From: Pseudomonadota bacterium
GTDB lineage: Bacteria; Pseudomonadota; Gammaproteobacteria; Burkholderiales; Gallionellaceae
Assembly (NCBI GenBank): GCA_043826585.1
Contig: JBDRPZ010000043.1
Location: 481-64,480 of the forward strand
DNA: 64,000 nt
Direction: 5' to 3'
The notes under the pieces were generated by a model. That model had not been told where the DNA came from. It saw only the letters and a list, made by a program, of their open reading frames with translations, and did no database searches. Below are positions 18,532 to 26,884 of this stretch, in pieces (the stretch's first letter is position 1; each line of letters begins with the position of its first letter). Both the position numbers and the translations under genes were made by a program.

Positions 18532-19095
18532 TTACCTCGCGTTTCCAAACCAGTTCAGATCCAGGCATTCGCGCAATGCCAGCCGCGCGCGGTGCAGGAT
18601 CACCCAGCAGTTAGCCGTGGTGATATCCAGTTCCTGACAGATCTCTTCGGTCGACATGTCCATGAACTCGCGCATCATGAAAGCGCGCGCGGTGTTGAGC
18701 GGCATGCGCTGGTTGCATTGCTCGAACACGTTCCAGAAATGTGTGTTCTCCAGCGATTGTTCCGGTGCGTTCCAGGTCTGCGGCGGATCGGCCCAGTGGC
18801 CGTTCTGCTTGAACAGCGCGTCCACTAGTTGGTTCTCGTCTTCGCCTTCGGCCACATCCAGTTGCGGTTCGCGCGCGCGTTTGCGCAACACATCCATGAT
18901 CTTGTGTTTGAGTATGCCCACCAGCCAGGTGCGCGGCGAAGACTGTGCGGCGAACTTGGCTCTGCCCTCTATAGCGGCCACCAGCGTCTCCTGCACCACA
19001 TCCTCGGCCAAGTTGGGGTCGCGCAGTTGCAGCATGGCGTAGCGCAACAAATAGCTGCGATGTTCATGCAATACCTGGGGATCGATGTCGCTCAT
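18532..19095 (-). CDS. ECF-subfamily RNA polymerase sigma-70 factor
   Basis: 187 aa with region 2 (...YLLRYAMLQLRDPNLAEDVVQETL...) and region 4 (...STEEICQELDITTANCWVILHRAR...). Confidence 0.9.
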   Translation of the reverse strand: MSDIDPQVLHEHRSYLLRYAMLQLRDPNLAEDVVQETLVAAIEGRAKFAAQSSPRTWLVGILKHKIMDVLRKRAREPQLDVAEGEDENQLVDALFKQNGHWADPPQTWNAPEQSLENTHFWNVFEQCNQRMPLNTARAFMMREFMDMSTEEICQELDITTANCWVILHRARLALRECLDLNWFGNAR

Positions 19096-19197
19096 TCAGG
19101 CTCCGGTAGGCTGGCGAAAGGCGGATGCATGGTAGCACCCGCCACAATGCAAAACACCCGCCGGGTGAGGGCGGGTGCGAGGTGCGCTCGGAAAAGA

Positions 19198-19839
19198 TCA
19201 GTGACGGGTCGCTGCACAGGGGTTTCTGGTTGCGCAAGGATTAGCCGCCGCACAAGGGTTCGTTGCGGCACACGGATTTTTCGCCGCGCACGGATTGCTG
19301 GCGCGGAATCCTTTCTGCAGCGAACCCGTGTAGGCCGTCAGCGCGGCCAGCCGCTTGCTGTTCCAGGGCAGCGGCTTGGTCGCCATCGGCACCACCATGC
19401 AGAACTGCACCATCTCATCCAGATGGACTTGCTTCACCCCGGCGCGCTCACCTGTCATCTGCACATAGTGCGGATAGGGTTGGGCGAAGGTGGCCTGAAA
19501 AGCACCGTTGTCGTCATGGCAGGTGCTGCACGACATGCCGTTGCTGCTCAGGCGCGTGTCGCTGAACAAGCGCTTGCCGTAGGCCATCAGTTCCTTGTTG
19601 CTGCCACGATAGGGGCGATAGTGGGCCGGGCGCATCACGCCCTTCACATCCATCTTCACCATTGCGGCGGCGCAGGGGTTGGCTGCCGCACAAGGGTTCT
19701 TCGCGGCGCAGGGATTCATGCGCGAGCTGCGCGGCGCACAAGGATTGGCGCGGCAGGGGGCGGCCAGTGCCATGCCGCCGACCGACAGGCTCAGCACGCC
19801 GGAAGCGATCAGGGTATTCATCAGACGGGTGGGTTTCAT
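19198..19839 (-). CDS. secreted mono-haem c-type cytochrome (CCP-like haem domain) flanked by NPCAA hexapeptide repeats
   Basis: 213 aa with a signal peptide (...GGMALAA), one CSTCH haem motif in GKRLFSDTRLSSNGMSCSTCH, and NPC(A/x)A repeats at both ends. Confidence 0.75.
   Translation of the reverse strand: MKPTRLMNTLIASGVLSLSVGGMALAAPCRANPCAPRSSRMNPCAAKNPCAAANPCAAAMVKMDVKGVMRPAHYRPYRGSNKELMAYGKRLFSDTRLSSNGMSCSTCHDDNGAFQATFAQPYPHYVQMTGERAGVKQVHLDEMVQFCMVVPMATKPLPWNSKRLAALTAYTGSLQKGFRASNPCAAKNPCAATNPCAAANPCATRNPCAATRH
19201..19302 (-). repeat. coding tandem repeat, C-terminal NPCAAx x5
   Basis: Translates to ASNPCAAKNPCAATNPCAAANPCATRNPCAATRH. The NPC codons vary synonymously (aat ccg tgc, aac cct tgt, aac ccc tgt). 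Confidence 0.85.
19663..19761 (-). repeat. coding tandem repeat, N-terminal (A/N)PC units x5
   Basis: Translates to APCRANPCAPRSSRMNPCAAKNPCAAANPCAAA, directly after the signal peptide. Confidence 0.8.
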
Positions 19840-19971
19840 TTCGTTCTCCTATGTGGGGTGGCGGCTGTTGGTCGTACAGGATATGCCATCCTTACAAAAA
19901 ATCTTTTGTGTAAGGAATCCGGGACTCAAACGACCAAACCACATCGCCCCATACAAACCAAGGAGATCGCC

Positions 19972-20346
19972 ATGTTCAAGAAACTGTTATTCACGCTGGC
20001 CCTGCTGTTCCCCCTGTTCGCGCAGGCTGCAGGCCAGCCCTACACCCAGGACAAACTGGATGCGCTGAACAAGGCAGGTAAACCTGCGCTGGTGTTCATC
20101 CATGCCCCATGGTGCCCGACCTGCCGCGCGCAGGATGCCGTGCTGGACAAGTTGCTGCCGACCGCCGAGTTCAAACCCCTCACTACGCTCAAGGTAGATT
20201 TCGACGACCAGCAGGATGTGGTGAAGGCATTCGGCGTGCGCTACCAGAGCACGCTCATCGTGTTCAAGGGCGGCAAGGAAGTGGCGCGCGTGACCGGCGA
20301 GACGGACAGGGACAAGATCGCTGCGTTGTTGCGCAAGGCGCTGTAA
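19972..20346 (+). CDS. periplasmic thioredoxin
   Basis: 124 aa from ATG 19972, with AGGAG at 19961-19965. Signal peptide MFKKLLFTLALLFPLFAQA and active site WCPTC. The 505-aa ORF starting at 18829 is a spurious upstream extension. Confidence 0.85.
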   Translation: MFKKLLFTLALLFPLFAQAAGQPYTQDKLDALNKAGKPALVFIHAPWCPTCRAQDAVLDKLLPTAEFKPLTTLKVDFDDQQDVVKAFGVRYQSTLIVFKGGKEVARVTGETDRDKIAALLRKAL

Positions 20347-20349
20347 GCG

Positions 20350-21075
20350 ATGGAACTGAGCGCAAGCAGCTACAGCCTGTCGTTTCTGGCCGGCGTGCTG
20401 TCTACCCTGTCGCCCTGCGTGTTGCCGCTGGTGCCCATCCTGATGGGCTCGGCGGCGGGCACGCATCGCTTCGGCCCGTTCGCGTTGGTGGGCGGGCTGA
20501 TGCTGTCGTTCACGCTCATTGGCGTGGGGCTGGGTTCGCTGGGCGGCAGCATCGGTCTGGAGCAGGATACGTTGCGCATGGTCGGTGGCATCTTGCTGCT
20601 GTTGTTCGGCGCGGTGCTGGTCTCCAGCCGCTTGCAGGACAGGTTCAGCGCGGCGGTCAGCCAGTTGGGTGTGGGGCAGGGCATGCTGGCGCGTTTCAAC
20701 CTGGACGGTCTGCATGGTCAGTTCCTGCTCGGTCTGTTGCTCGGCGTGGTGTGGAGTCCATGCGTCGGCCCGACCCTGGGCGTGGCGATCACATTAGCCA
20801 GTCAGGGCGAAGCGATGGTGCAGGTCGCTTCGGTGATGCTAGTGTTCAGTCTCGGTGCCGGATTGCCCTTGCTCGCACTCGGCATGTTGTCGCGACAGGC
20901 GATGGGCAAGTGGCGCGGGCGCATGCTGGCTGCGGGGCAGAAGGCCAAGAAACTGTTCGGTGTCGCCTTGCTGCTGATCGGCGTGCTGGTGCTGTCGGGT
21001 GCGGACAAGGGCTTCGAGCGTTGGGCGGTCAACGCCATGCCGGAGTGGATGGTTAACCTGACTACACGCTACTGA
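20350..21075 (+). CDS. CcdA/DsbD-like cytochrome c biogenesis thiol:disulfide transporter
   Basis: 241 aa, 6+ TM helices, conserved LSPCVLPLVP and ...WSPCVGP... motifs. Confidence 0.85.
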   Translation: MELSASSYSLSFLAGVLSTLSPCVLPLVPILMGSAAGTHRFGPFALVGGLMLSFTLIGVGLGSLGGSIGLEQDTLRMVGGILLLLFGAVLVSSRLQDRFSAAVSQLGVGQGMLARFNLDGLHGQFLLGLLLGVVWSPCVGPTLGVAITLASQGEAMVQVASVMLVFSLGAGLPLLALGMLSRQAMGKWRGRMLAAGQKAKKLFGVALLLIGVLVLSGADKGFERWAVNAMPEWMVNLTTRY

Positions 21076-21090
21076 GAAGTGGAGGCGAAG

Positions 21091-21927
21091 ATGTCCGAGA
21101 AAGAATCCCTGTTGAATACGCTGCTTGGTCTGTCGATGATCGTCGAGGCGCGCGATCCGTACACAGGCGGCCACCTGTGGCGTGTGTCGCAATTCTCCAA
21201 GTTGCTGGCGCAGGAGGCGGGCCTGTCGCAACGTGACATCGCGTTGTGCGAGGTCGGCGGCTTCCTGCACGACCTGGGCAAGGTCGGTGTGTCCGACGCC
21301 ATCCTCAACAAGCCGGATCGGCTCACCGATGGCGAATACGCTGTGATCAAGACACATCCCTCGGTCGGCGGTCGTCTGCTGTCCAACCATCCGTTGGCTG
21401 ATCTGGCCTACGAGGCGGTGGTCGGCCACCACGAACGACCGGACGGCAACGGCTACCCGAACGGATTGGCCGGCGAAGTCATCCCGGAAGTCGCGCGCAT
21501 CGTCAGCATCGCCGACGCCTTCGACGCCATGACCAGCACACGCGCCTATCGCAAAGGCATGCCGATGGAAAAAGCATTCTCCATCATCGGCGAAGAAACG
21601 GGACGCCAGTTCGATGCGAAGCTGGCGAAACATTTCCTGTCGCTGAGCAAGACCAGCCAGTTGTCGCACATCGTCGGTCACAGCGAACCCGGCTTGCCGC
21701 TGTTCCAGTGCGGTTGCGGCGCACCGCTGGCGATACGTGGCTCGATGCGCGACGGCGAGCATGCGTATTGCCACTGCTGCGGCGGTGAATCGCGCCTGAG
21801 CAAACATGGCGACGAGCGCAAACTGGAAATGACAGGCAAGAAAGGCGATGCCTCGGTGCTCGCGCCGGACTGCGACACCGACCTGATCGGGGCGATGGTG
21901 GAAGAGATCGCGCCGCATGTGTTGTGA
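21091..21927 (+). CDS. HD-GYP domain protein (putative c-di-GMP phosphodiesterase) with C-terminal Cys-rich ribbon
   Basis: HDLGK...GHHERPDGNGYP motifs. C-terminal FQCGCG...YCHCCG. ATG 21091 has GGAGG 5 nt upstream; the ORF-track start at 21079 is GTG. Confidence 0.85.
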   Translation: MSEKESLLNTLLGLSMIVEARDPYTGGHLWRVSQFSKLLAQEAGLSQRDIALCEVGGFLHDLGKVGVSDAILNKPDRLTDGEYAVIKTHPSVGGRLLSNHPLADLAYEAVVGHHERPDGNGYPNGLAGEVIPEVARIVSIADAFDAMTSTRAYRKGMPMEKAFSIIGEETGRQFDAKLAKHFLSLSKTSQLSHIVGHSEPGLPLFQCGCGAPLAIRGSMRDGEHAYCHCCGGESRLSKHGDERKLEMTGKKGDASVLAPDCDTDLIGAMVEEIAPHVL

Positions 21928-21935
21928 GCTGAAAA

Positions 21936-22313
21936 ATGAACACACAACTGAATAACACGGTCGAGATCAACGGCAGGCAGGTGCTGGTGGAGTGGAGCAA
22001 AGCCGCCGCCCGCGAACTCGCGCAACGCAGCCAGCCGCTGGTGGTCGAGCTGGAACTCTACTTCTCCTGCCTGGTGAAGAAGTTCGTCCACTTTCATGAA
22101 GGACAGCAACAGCGGGATACCATCACCGTGAGCGACAAGCTCGCCGTCTTCTTCCGTCCCGTCACTTCAACCGCCTGTTCGTTCGAAGTCGCAGACCGCC
22201 TGGGTCGACAGCCGGAGATCGAGCTCGACACGCCCAACGTGCGCAAGATCGCACCGAAGCGCATCAGGCTGGATTATGTGCGCGGCAATTGGCTGGGGGA
22301 GTTCTGGATATAG
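21936..22313 (+). CDS. hypothetical protein (125 aa), last gene of the trx-ccdA-HD-GYP operon
   Basis: ATG ORF 9 nt after the HD-GYP stop. Family not recognised. Confidence 0.5.
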   Translation: MNTQLNNTVEINGRQVLVEWSKAAARELAQRSQPLVVELELYFSCLVKKFVHFHEGQQQRDTITVSDKLAVFFRPVTSTACSFEVADRLGRQPEIELDTPNVRKIAPKRIRLDYVRGNWLGEFWI

Positions 22314-22340
22314 CGCCATCAGAGGATGGTTGCCTGAATA

Positions 22341-22904
22341 TCAGAGACTCAAGAACTGCTTTCTTTCGAAGTCCATCGCCTTATCAAAAGCAAGTGGGTT
22401 GGCGGTCAGCCGCTGGATGATCAGGGTTCCTTCAACCACGACCAGGAATCGTTCTGCCCACAGCTTGGCATCATTGCTTTTCAAGCCAGCTTCCATTCCC
22501 AACTTTTGCAGCGCTTCCAGGAATGCGAAGTAATTCTTGCTCACCTGAGCTCTGATTTCTTCTTTTGCTTCGCCAAGACTCAGCGTATTCAGCAGGCAAT
22601 TTTTTGCCCCATTGCTGTAGAACGTTTTGAGCGTTTCCACCATTGTGCTGAAACGGGCCTGCGGTGTCTTTTGTGTATCCAGCAGCGGCTCGATGACGTT
22701 CTGCTGCAGCTGCCCGCTGAAATAGGAAACGACCGCCTTGACCATATCCACTTTTCCCTCTGGAAAGTAGTGGTAGAGACTGGATTTTCTCAAACCGGTG
22801 ACTTCCGATAACTGTGAGAGCGTCGTTCCTTCATAGCCATGACAGCGGAATACCTCGAAGAGGGATTCCATGATTGTGTCGTTGGGTGTGGATTGCTGTG
22901 CCAT
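22341..22904 (-). CDS. TetR/AcrR-family transcriptional regulator
   Basis: 187 aa. N-terminal HTH ...GYEGTTLSQLSEVTGLRKSSLYHYFP... Confidence 0.85.
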   Translation of the reverse strand: MAQQSTPNDTIMESLFEVFRCHGYEGTTLSQLSEVTGLRKSSLYHYFPEGKVDMVKAVVSYFSGQLQQNVIEPLLDTQKTPQARFSTMVETLKTFYSNGAKNCLLNTLSLGEAKEEIRAQVSKNYFAFLEALQKLGMEAGLKSNDAKLWAERFLVVVEGTLIIQRLTANPLAFDKAMDFERKQFLSL

Positions 22905-22946
22905 CTATTGTTCTCCTGAATTTGCTTGACATCATACCGAACGTTC

Positions 22947-22992
22947 GTTAGATTTCAACTGTACCGAACGTTCGGTACAGTTGAAATCTAAC
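22947..22992. promoter_or_regulatory. 46-bp perfect palindrome (candidate TetR operator or leader hairpin) in the divergent promoter region
   Basis: GTTAGATTTCAACTGTACCGAAC | GTTCGGTACAGTTGAAATCTAAC. The inner box CGAACGTTCG (22965-22974) recurs at 22938-22947. Confidence 0.6.
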
Positions 22993-23011
22993 CAGACATA
23001 AGGAGTCCATC

Positions 23012-23389
23012 ATGAACAAAGTAGCAATCATCATTCTTTCTGACCCGGCGAATGGCGGGGAGGATGCATTCGGGCGAGCATTCAACGGCCTGGCGGCGGC
23101 TTGGGACATCAAGCAGGCAGGTGGTGAAGTCACCATCATTTTCCAGGGGGCAGGCGTGCGCTGGCCTGCTTTGATCACCAAGGCGGATCATTCGCTGAAT
23201 GGTCTTTACGAGTTGGTTAAAGGGAACATCGAAGGTGTTTCGTGTGGTTGTGCCGATGCATTCGGTGCAGCGGATGCGGCTGCGGCGTGCGGCATGAAGA
23301 TGATCAAGGAAAATCCGGTTCCCGGCACGACAGGCTTGGCCAGCTTTGCAAAATTGCTCAAATTCGGCACGACTGTTTTGACGTTCTAA
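23012..23389 (+). CDS. DsrE/DsrF-like family protein (putative)
   Basis: 125 aa with AGGAG at 23001-23005. Pattern KVAIIILSDP...GGEVTIIFQGAGV resembles DsrE-fold proteins. Contains Cys residues in ...VSCGC... and ...AACG... Confidence 0.6.
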   Translation: MNKVAIIILSDPANGGEDAFGRAFNGLAAAWDIKQAGGEVTIIFQGAGVRWPALITKADHSLNGLYELVKGNIEGVSCGCADAFGAADAAAACGMKMIKENPVPGTTGLASFAKLLKFGTTVLTF

Positions 23390-23482
23390 CTGGGTGTTGC
23401 CCCTTGCATCCAGTAAGGGGCAATCCGCAGACGTTTGGAAATTAGATGTGGAAATCGTTCTACACATCCCTGGAGAGCAAAC

Positions 23483-25078
23483 ATGCCCAATGCATTTGCA
23501 ACCATCAGCTTCACCGAAAGCGTAAAAGCAGCCCAGACGCGCTATGGCAGTCGTGAAAACAATCGCGGGTTCGAATTGCAGGAAGATCCGCGTAATGAGC
23601 TGGGCGAACTTGAGAAAGAGTTCATTGCACGACGTGACAGCTTTTACATGGCGACCATTTCGGAGAACGACTGGCCGTACGTCCAGCATCGAGGCGGCCC
23701 TGCGGGATTCCTGCGAGTGCTGGATGCACGCACTATAGGTTTCGCAGACTTTAGTGGGAACAGGCAATACCTCAGTGTAGGGAACTTGAACGCCAATGCC
23801 CGCGTATCCCTGATCCTGATGGACTACCCCAACCGACGTCGCCTGAAGATATGGGGCGTCACCAAAATCATCCACGAGGAAGATGAGCCGGAATTGCTGA
23901 AAGGACTGGTCGTGCCCGGATACAAGTCGCGGGTTGAGCGGGGCATGCTGATCACGGTCGAAGCGATCGAATGGAATTGTCCGCAGCACATCACGCCCAG
24001 ATATTCCGAGGCGGAAGTAGACCATGCCATGAAGCCTTTGCTTGAGGAGAACAAAAGGCTGCGCGAACTGCTGCAGCAACAATCCCAGTCGGAAACTGTT
24101 GCGATTTCAACGCCGGTTCTGGGGAACGGTCCGCTTTCCCTCGTAATCGCAGGCATACGTCAGCTTGCACCGCGTGTCCGTGCCTACGAATTGCGTCATG
24201 CTGATGGCGAAGACCTTCCCGCCATTGCGGCAGGATCGCACATCTCAGTCCCGGTGTTGCTGCCTGACGGCTCAGAGAGTACGCGCAATTACTCCATCAG
24301 CAGCAGTCCCGCTTTGCAAGGCAGTTTCGAGATCGCCGTACAACTAAAGGAAAACGGTTCTGGCGGATCACGCTTCGTTCACGAGCAATACGGTTTGGGT
24401 ATGCAACTCAACTGTGGCATGCCGCGCAATGATTTTGCCTTGCATGATGATGATCGTTCAGTCGTGCTGATTGCAGGCGGAATCGGCATTACTTCGATCA
24501 GAGCGATGGCGTTTGCGCTGAAGAACGATGGACGCGATTTCCAGATTCATTATGCGGGAAGCAGCAAAGTAGACATGGCTTATGTCGACAGCCTGCACAT
24601 CGAATTTGGCGAAAGACTGTATTTATACGATTCCCCGCAGCAGAGACTGGAACTGCCCAGACTGATGGCGAGTGTCGCTGACGATTCAGTGTTCTACGTG
24701 TGTGGTCCCGCACGACTGATCAATGATGCCCGTAGCACGGCAGCAGCCCTGGGCATTCCTGAAACCAGGCTGCATGTCGAGCGTTTTCAGCACACCATTT
24801 CCGACAATGCAGGCAGCATTGAAGTCGAATTGCGCCGTTCGGGAAGGACGGTACAAGTTCCGGCCGATGTGACCATACTTGGTGCACTCGAAGCTGCAGG
24901 CGTCAGAACTGTATCGGAATGCAAGGTCGGCAACTGCGGCACTTGTGCAGTCACGGTGCTCGAAGGTGAACCGCTGCATCTGGATCAGGCACTCACCGAA
25001 CGGGAGCGTGCGCAGGGAAAGAAGATGTGCATCTGCGTTTCACGCGCAAGCACAGCCAGGCTGGTGCTTGATCTGTAG
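23483..25078 (+). CDS. fusion oxidoreductase: PNPOx-like FMN domain + FNR-like FAD/NAD(P) domain + plant-type 2Fe-2S ferredoxin (PDR/VanB-type)
   Basis: 531 aa from ATG 23483. N-terminal pyridoxamine-phosphate-oxidase-like region, mid RxYS (TRNYSISS) and GGIGITS motifs, C-terminal [16 protein letters not shown]. Confidence 0.8.
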   Translation: MPNAFATISFTESVKAAQTRYGSRENNRGFELQEDPRNELGELEKEFIARRDSFYMATISENDWPYVQHRGGPAGFLRVLDARTIGFADFSGNRQYLSVGNLNANARVSLILMDYPNRRRLKIWGVTKIIHEEDEPELLKGLVVPGYKSRVERGMLITVEAIEWNCPQHITPRYSEAEVDHAMKPLLEENKRLRELLQQQSQSETVAISTPVLGNGPLSLVIAGIRQLAPRVRAYELRHADGEDLPAIAAGSHISVPVLLPDGSESTRNYSISSSPALQGSFEIAVQLKENGSGGSRFVHEQYGLGMQLNCGMPRNDFALHDDDRSVVLIAGGIGITSIRAMAFALKNDGRDFQIHYAGSSKVDMAYVDSLHIEFGERLYLYDSPQQRLELPRLMASVADDSVFYVCGPARLINDARSTAAALGIPETRLHVERFQHTISDNAGSIEVELRRSGRTVQVPADVTILGALEAAGVRTVSECKVGNCGTCAVTVLEGEPLHLDQALTERERAQGKKMCICVSRASTARLVLDL

Positions 25079-25104
25079 TAGACAAAACCCACAAGGAGAA
25101 AACC

Positions 25105-25584
25105 ATGAATACCACAAGCGAAGTTCGTCCGCCGCTACCACCCTTCACCAGGGAGACGGCCATTCAGAAAGTGCGTTTGGCGGAAGACGGCTGGAACAGT
25201 CGCGACCCGCAACGCGTGTCCATGGTCTACACGTCAGACAGTCAATGGCGAAATCGTGCGGAATTTCCTCGCGGGCGCACTCAGATCGTTGAATTCCTGA
25301 CACGGAAATGGGCGCGCGAGCTGGATTACAGACTGATCAAGGAATTGTGGGCGTTCGACGGAAACCGCATCGCAGTTCGTTTCGCGTATGAATGGCACGA
25401 TGACTCCGGACATTGGTTCCGCTCATACGGGAATGAGAACTGGCAGTTTGATGAAAACGGTCTGATGGAGTTGCGATATGCCAGTATCAATGACCTGCCG
25501 ATCAAGGAAAGCGAACGGAAATTCTTCTGGCCGTTGGGGCGCCGACCGGATGATCATCCGGGTTTGAGTGATCTGGGCTTGTGA
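25105..25584 (+). CDS. DUF1348 (NTF2-like/SnoaL-like) family protein
   Basis: 159 aa. [24 protein letters not shown]...[10 protein letters not shown]...[14 protein letters not shown] matches DUF1348 as I remember it. Confidence 0.8.
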   Translation: MNTTSEVRPPLPPFTRETAIQKVRLAEDGWNSRDPQRVSMVYTSDSQWRNRAEFPRGRTQIVEFLTRKWARELDYRLIKELWAFDGNRIAVRFAYEWHDDSGHWFRSYGNENWQFDENGLMELRYASINDLPIKESERKFFWPLGRRPDDHPGLSDLGL

Positions 25585-25626
25585 AGCAAATATGAAAAGC
25601 AGTTTAAGGAGCGGATGAGGCTGTAC

Positions 25627-25845
25627 TCAGCAACATCCTCTCCCGTGTTCCTGCACCGGCGGGCACGGCACACTTCCGTAAGAGCAATACACGCAGCAGT
25701 CGCCCGGCTTGGGTTTGAGCAGGGTGTGGCAGTGGCTGCATTCGTAGAACCACTGGCATGAATCTGTCGGCATGGTCTCCAGTTTCTGTTGCCCGCAGTG
25801 CGGGCAGGTGAGCAGGGAATCCAGTACGGCTTGGAATGCGGTCAT
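25627..25845 (-). CDS. GDCCVxC-domain small Cys-rich protein
   Basis: 72 aa from ATG 25845 (the ORF-track start at 25851 is TTG). Motifs CPHCG, CSHCH and GDCCVYCSYGSVPCPP. Confidence 0.7.
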   Translation of the reverse strand: MTAFQAVLDSLLTCPHCGQQKLETMPTDSCQWFYECSHCHTLLKPKPGDCCVYCSYGSVPCPPVQEHGRGCC

Positions 25846-25847
25846 GT

Positions 25848-26612
25848 TCAACTTGCCTGGTTGTTGATCTCCTGCTCGATTCTACGCAACAAGTCTGGCA
25901 CTGAGATTTCTATCTGGCTGGTGATGTCCAGCGCGCGGTCTTCGAAAACGTCTGCGCCAGGATGCGCCTCGGCCCATGCCCACACGACCTTGTCGCGCTG
26001 CTTCAGCAATGCCTTGATGTGCGGACGGTAGAGCACGAACATTGCACTGATCCAGCGGTTCACCGGCAGCGATGGAAATGCGTGGTCGATGATGAAGTTG
26101 TCCAGCATCGCGATCACCTGATCGGCTGGATACCAGGCTTCAGCGGTCACCCAGCGGTTGGTGGTGAACAGGGTGGTGGGGTAGCCATCCCTGTCCATGG
26201 CGATGGCGATCAGGTGGGATAGCGCTTCGTCGCCCTGCGGCCAGGGATCGGTGGCCGGATAGTCAATGGGTGAGACACCGACAGGCATACCCTTGGGGCG
26301 CAGGAAACAATGGAAGTGGCCGTGCTCTCCCGCTTCGCTGCGATGTGCGTGGTAGTAATACTGCGCATGTGTCTCGCGGTCGTATACGTCGTCTTCCGGG
26401 TAGTGATTGAATTCGTAGAAGGTCTCGCCGCGGTTCAGGGAATCGCGCAGCACTTCGCCGACGATGTTCAGTCCAGCTTTGTTCAGCAGGCGATAGCTGT
26501 CCAGAACCACCAGTCCCGCCTGCCGCATGGTGTGCAACTGCGCCAGCGGCAGGCGGGCGAGGTCAGGCTCTGCAGCCTGCCTTGCGTTGAGTGCGCTTAG
26601 TGCGCTGCGCAT
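25848..26612 (-). CDS. hypothetical conserved-looking protein (about 254 aa, start uncertain)
   Basis: His/Tyr-rich core ...FYEFNHYPEDDVYDRETHAQYYYHAHRSEAGEHGHFHCF... Possible starts are 26666, 26648, 26612 and 26528. I chose 26612 to limit overlap with the upstream gene. Confidence 0.55.
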   Translation of the reverse strand: MRSALSALNARQAAEPDLARLPLAQLHTMRQAGLVVLDSYRLLNKAGLNIVGEVLRDSLNRGETFYEFNHYPEDDVYDRETHAQYYYHAHRSEAGEHGHFHCFLRPKGMPVGVSPIDYPATDPWPQGDEALSHLIAIAMDRDGYPTTLFTTNRWVTAEAWYPADQVIAMLDNFIIDHAFPSLPVNRWISAMFVLYRPHIKALLKQRDKVVWAWAEAHPGADVFEDRALDITSQIEISVPDLLRRIEQEINNQAS

Positions 26613-26884
26613 GGATTCCTGGCACCGCACGGATTCTTCGCGGCACATGGGTTCATGGCTGCGCACGGGTTCTTCATCTTCTTGTGTTTGGCAGCGCAGG
26701 GATTTTGCTTATGTTTGGCCGCGCAGGGATTCTTGCCAGCACAAGGATTGGCCTGGCTGCTCTTGTGCGAACGTGCGGCACAAGGATTGGCTGCGCCGCA
26801 CGGGGTGGCGAGGGCGGCGCCGCTCATGGCCGCTGCCAGTGCGCCGGAAGAGATCAGGGTCTTTGCGAGTGCGTCGAATTTCAT
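26597..26884 (-). CDS. secreted NPCAA-repeat protein (95 aa)
   Basis: Signal peptide MKFDALAKTLISSGALAAAMSGAALA followed by 9 (N/T)PC(A/G)(A/G) units separated by K/H-rich spacers, ending NPCAAH. AAGGAGA RBS upstream. Confidence 0.7.
   Translation of the reverse strand: MKFDALAKTLISSGALAAAMSGAALATPCGAANPCAARSHKSSQANPCAGKNPCAAKHKQNPCAAKHKKMKNPCAAMNPCAAKNPCGARNPCAAH
26600..26806 (-). repeat. coding tandem repeat, NPCAA units x9
   Basis: Translates to TPCGAANPCAARSHKSSQANPCAGKNPCAAKHKQNPCAAKHKKMKNPCAAMNPCAAKNPCGARNPCAAH. Confidence 0.85.

Noticed and set aside
18338-18568. A 76-aa minus-strand ORF from the ORF track, located between the sigma factor and AraC.
   Set aside because: Its translation is Arg/His/Pro-rich and implausible. 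A different frame gives a 58-aa zf-HC2 anti-sigma factor with an HxxxCxxC motif, correctly placed 7 nt after the sigma-factor stop.
18829-20346. A 505-aa plus-strand ORF spanning the sigma-factor and cytochrome region.
   Set aside because: Only the last 124 codons (from ATG 19972, with an AGGAG RBS and a signal peptide) look like a real protein, the thioredoxin. The upstream 380 codons are antisense to two well-supported genes.
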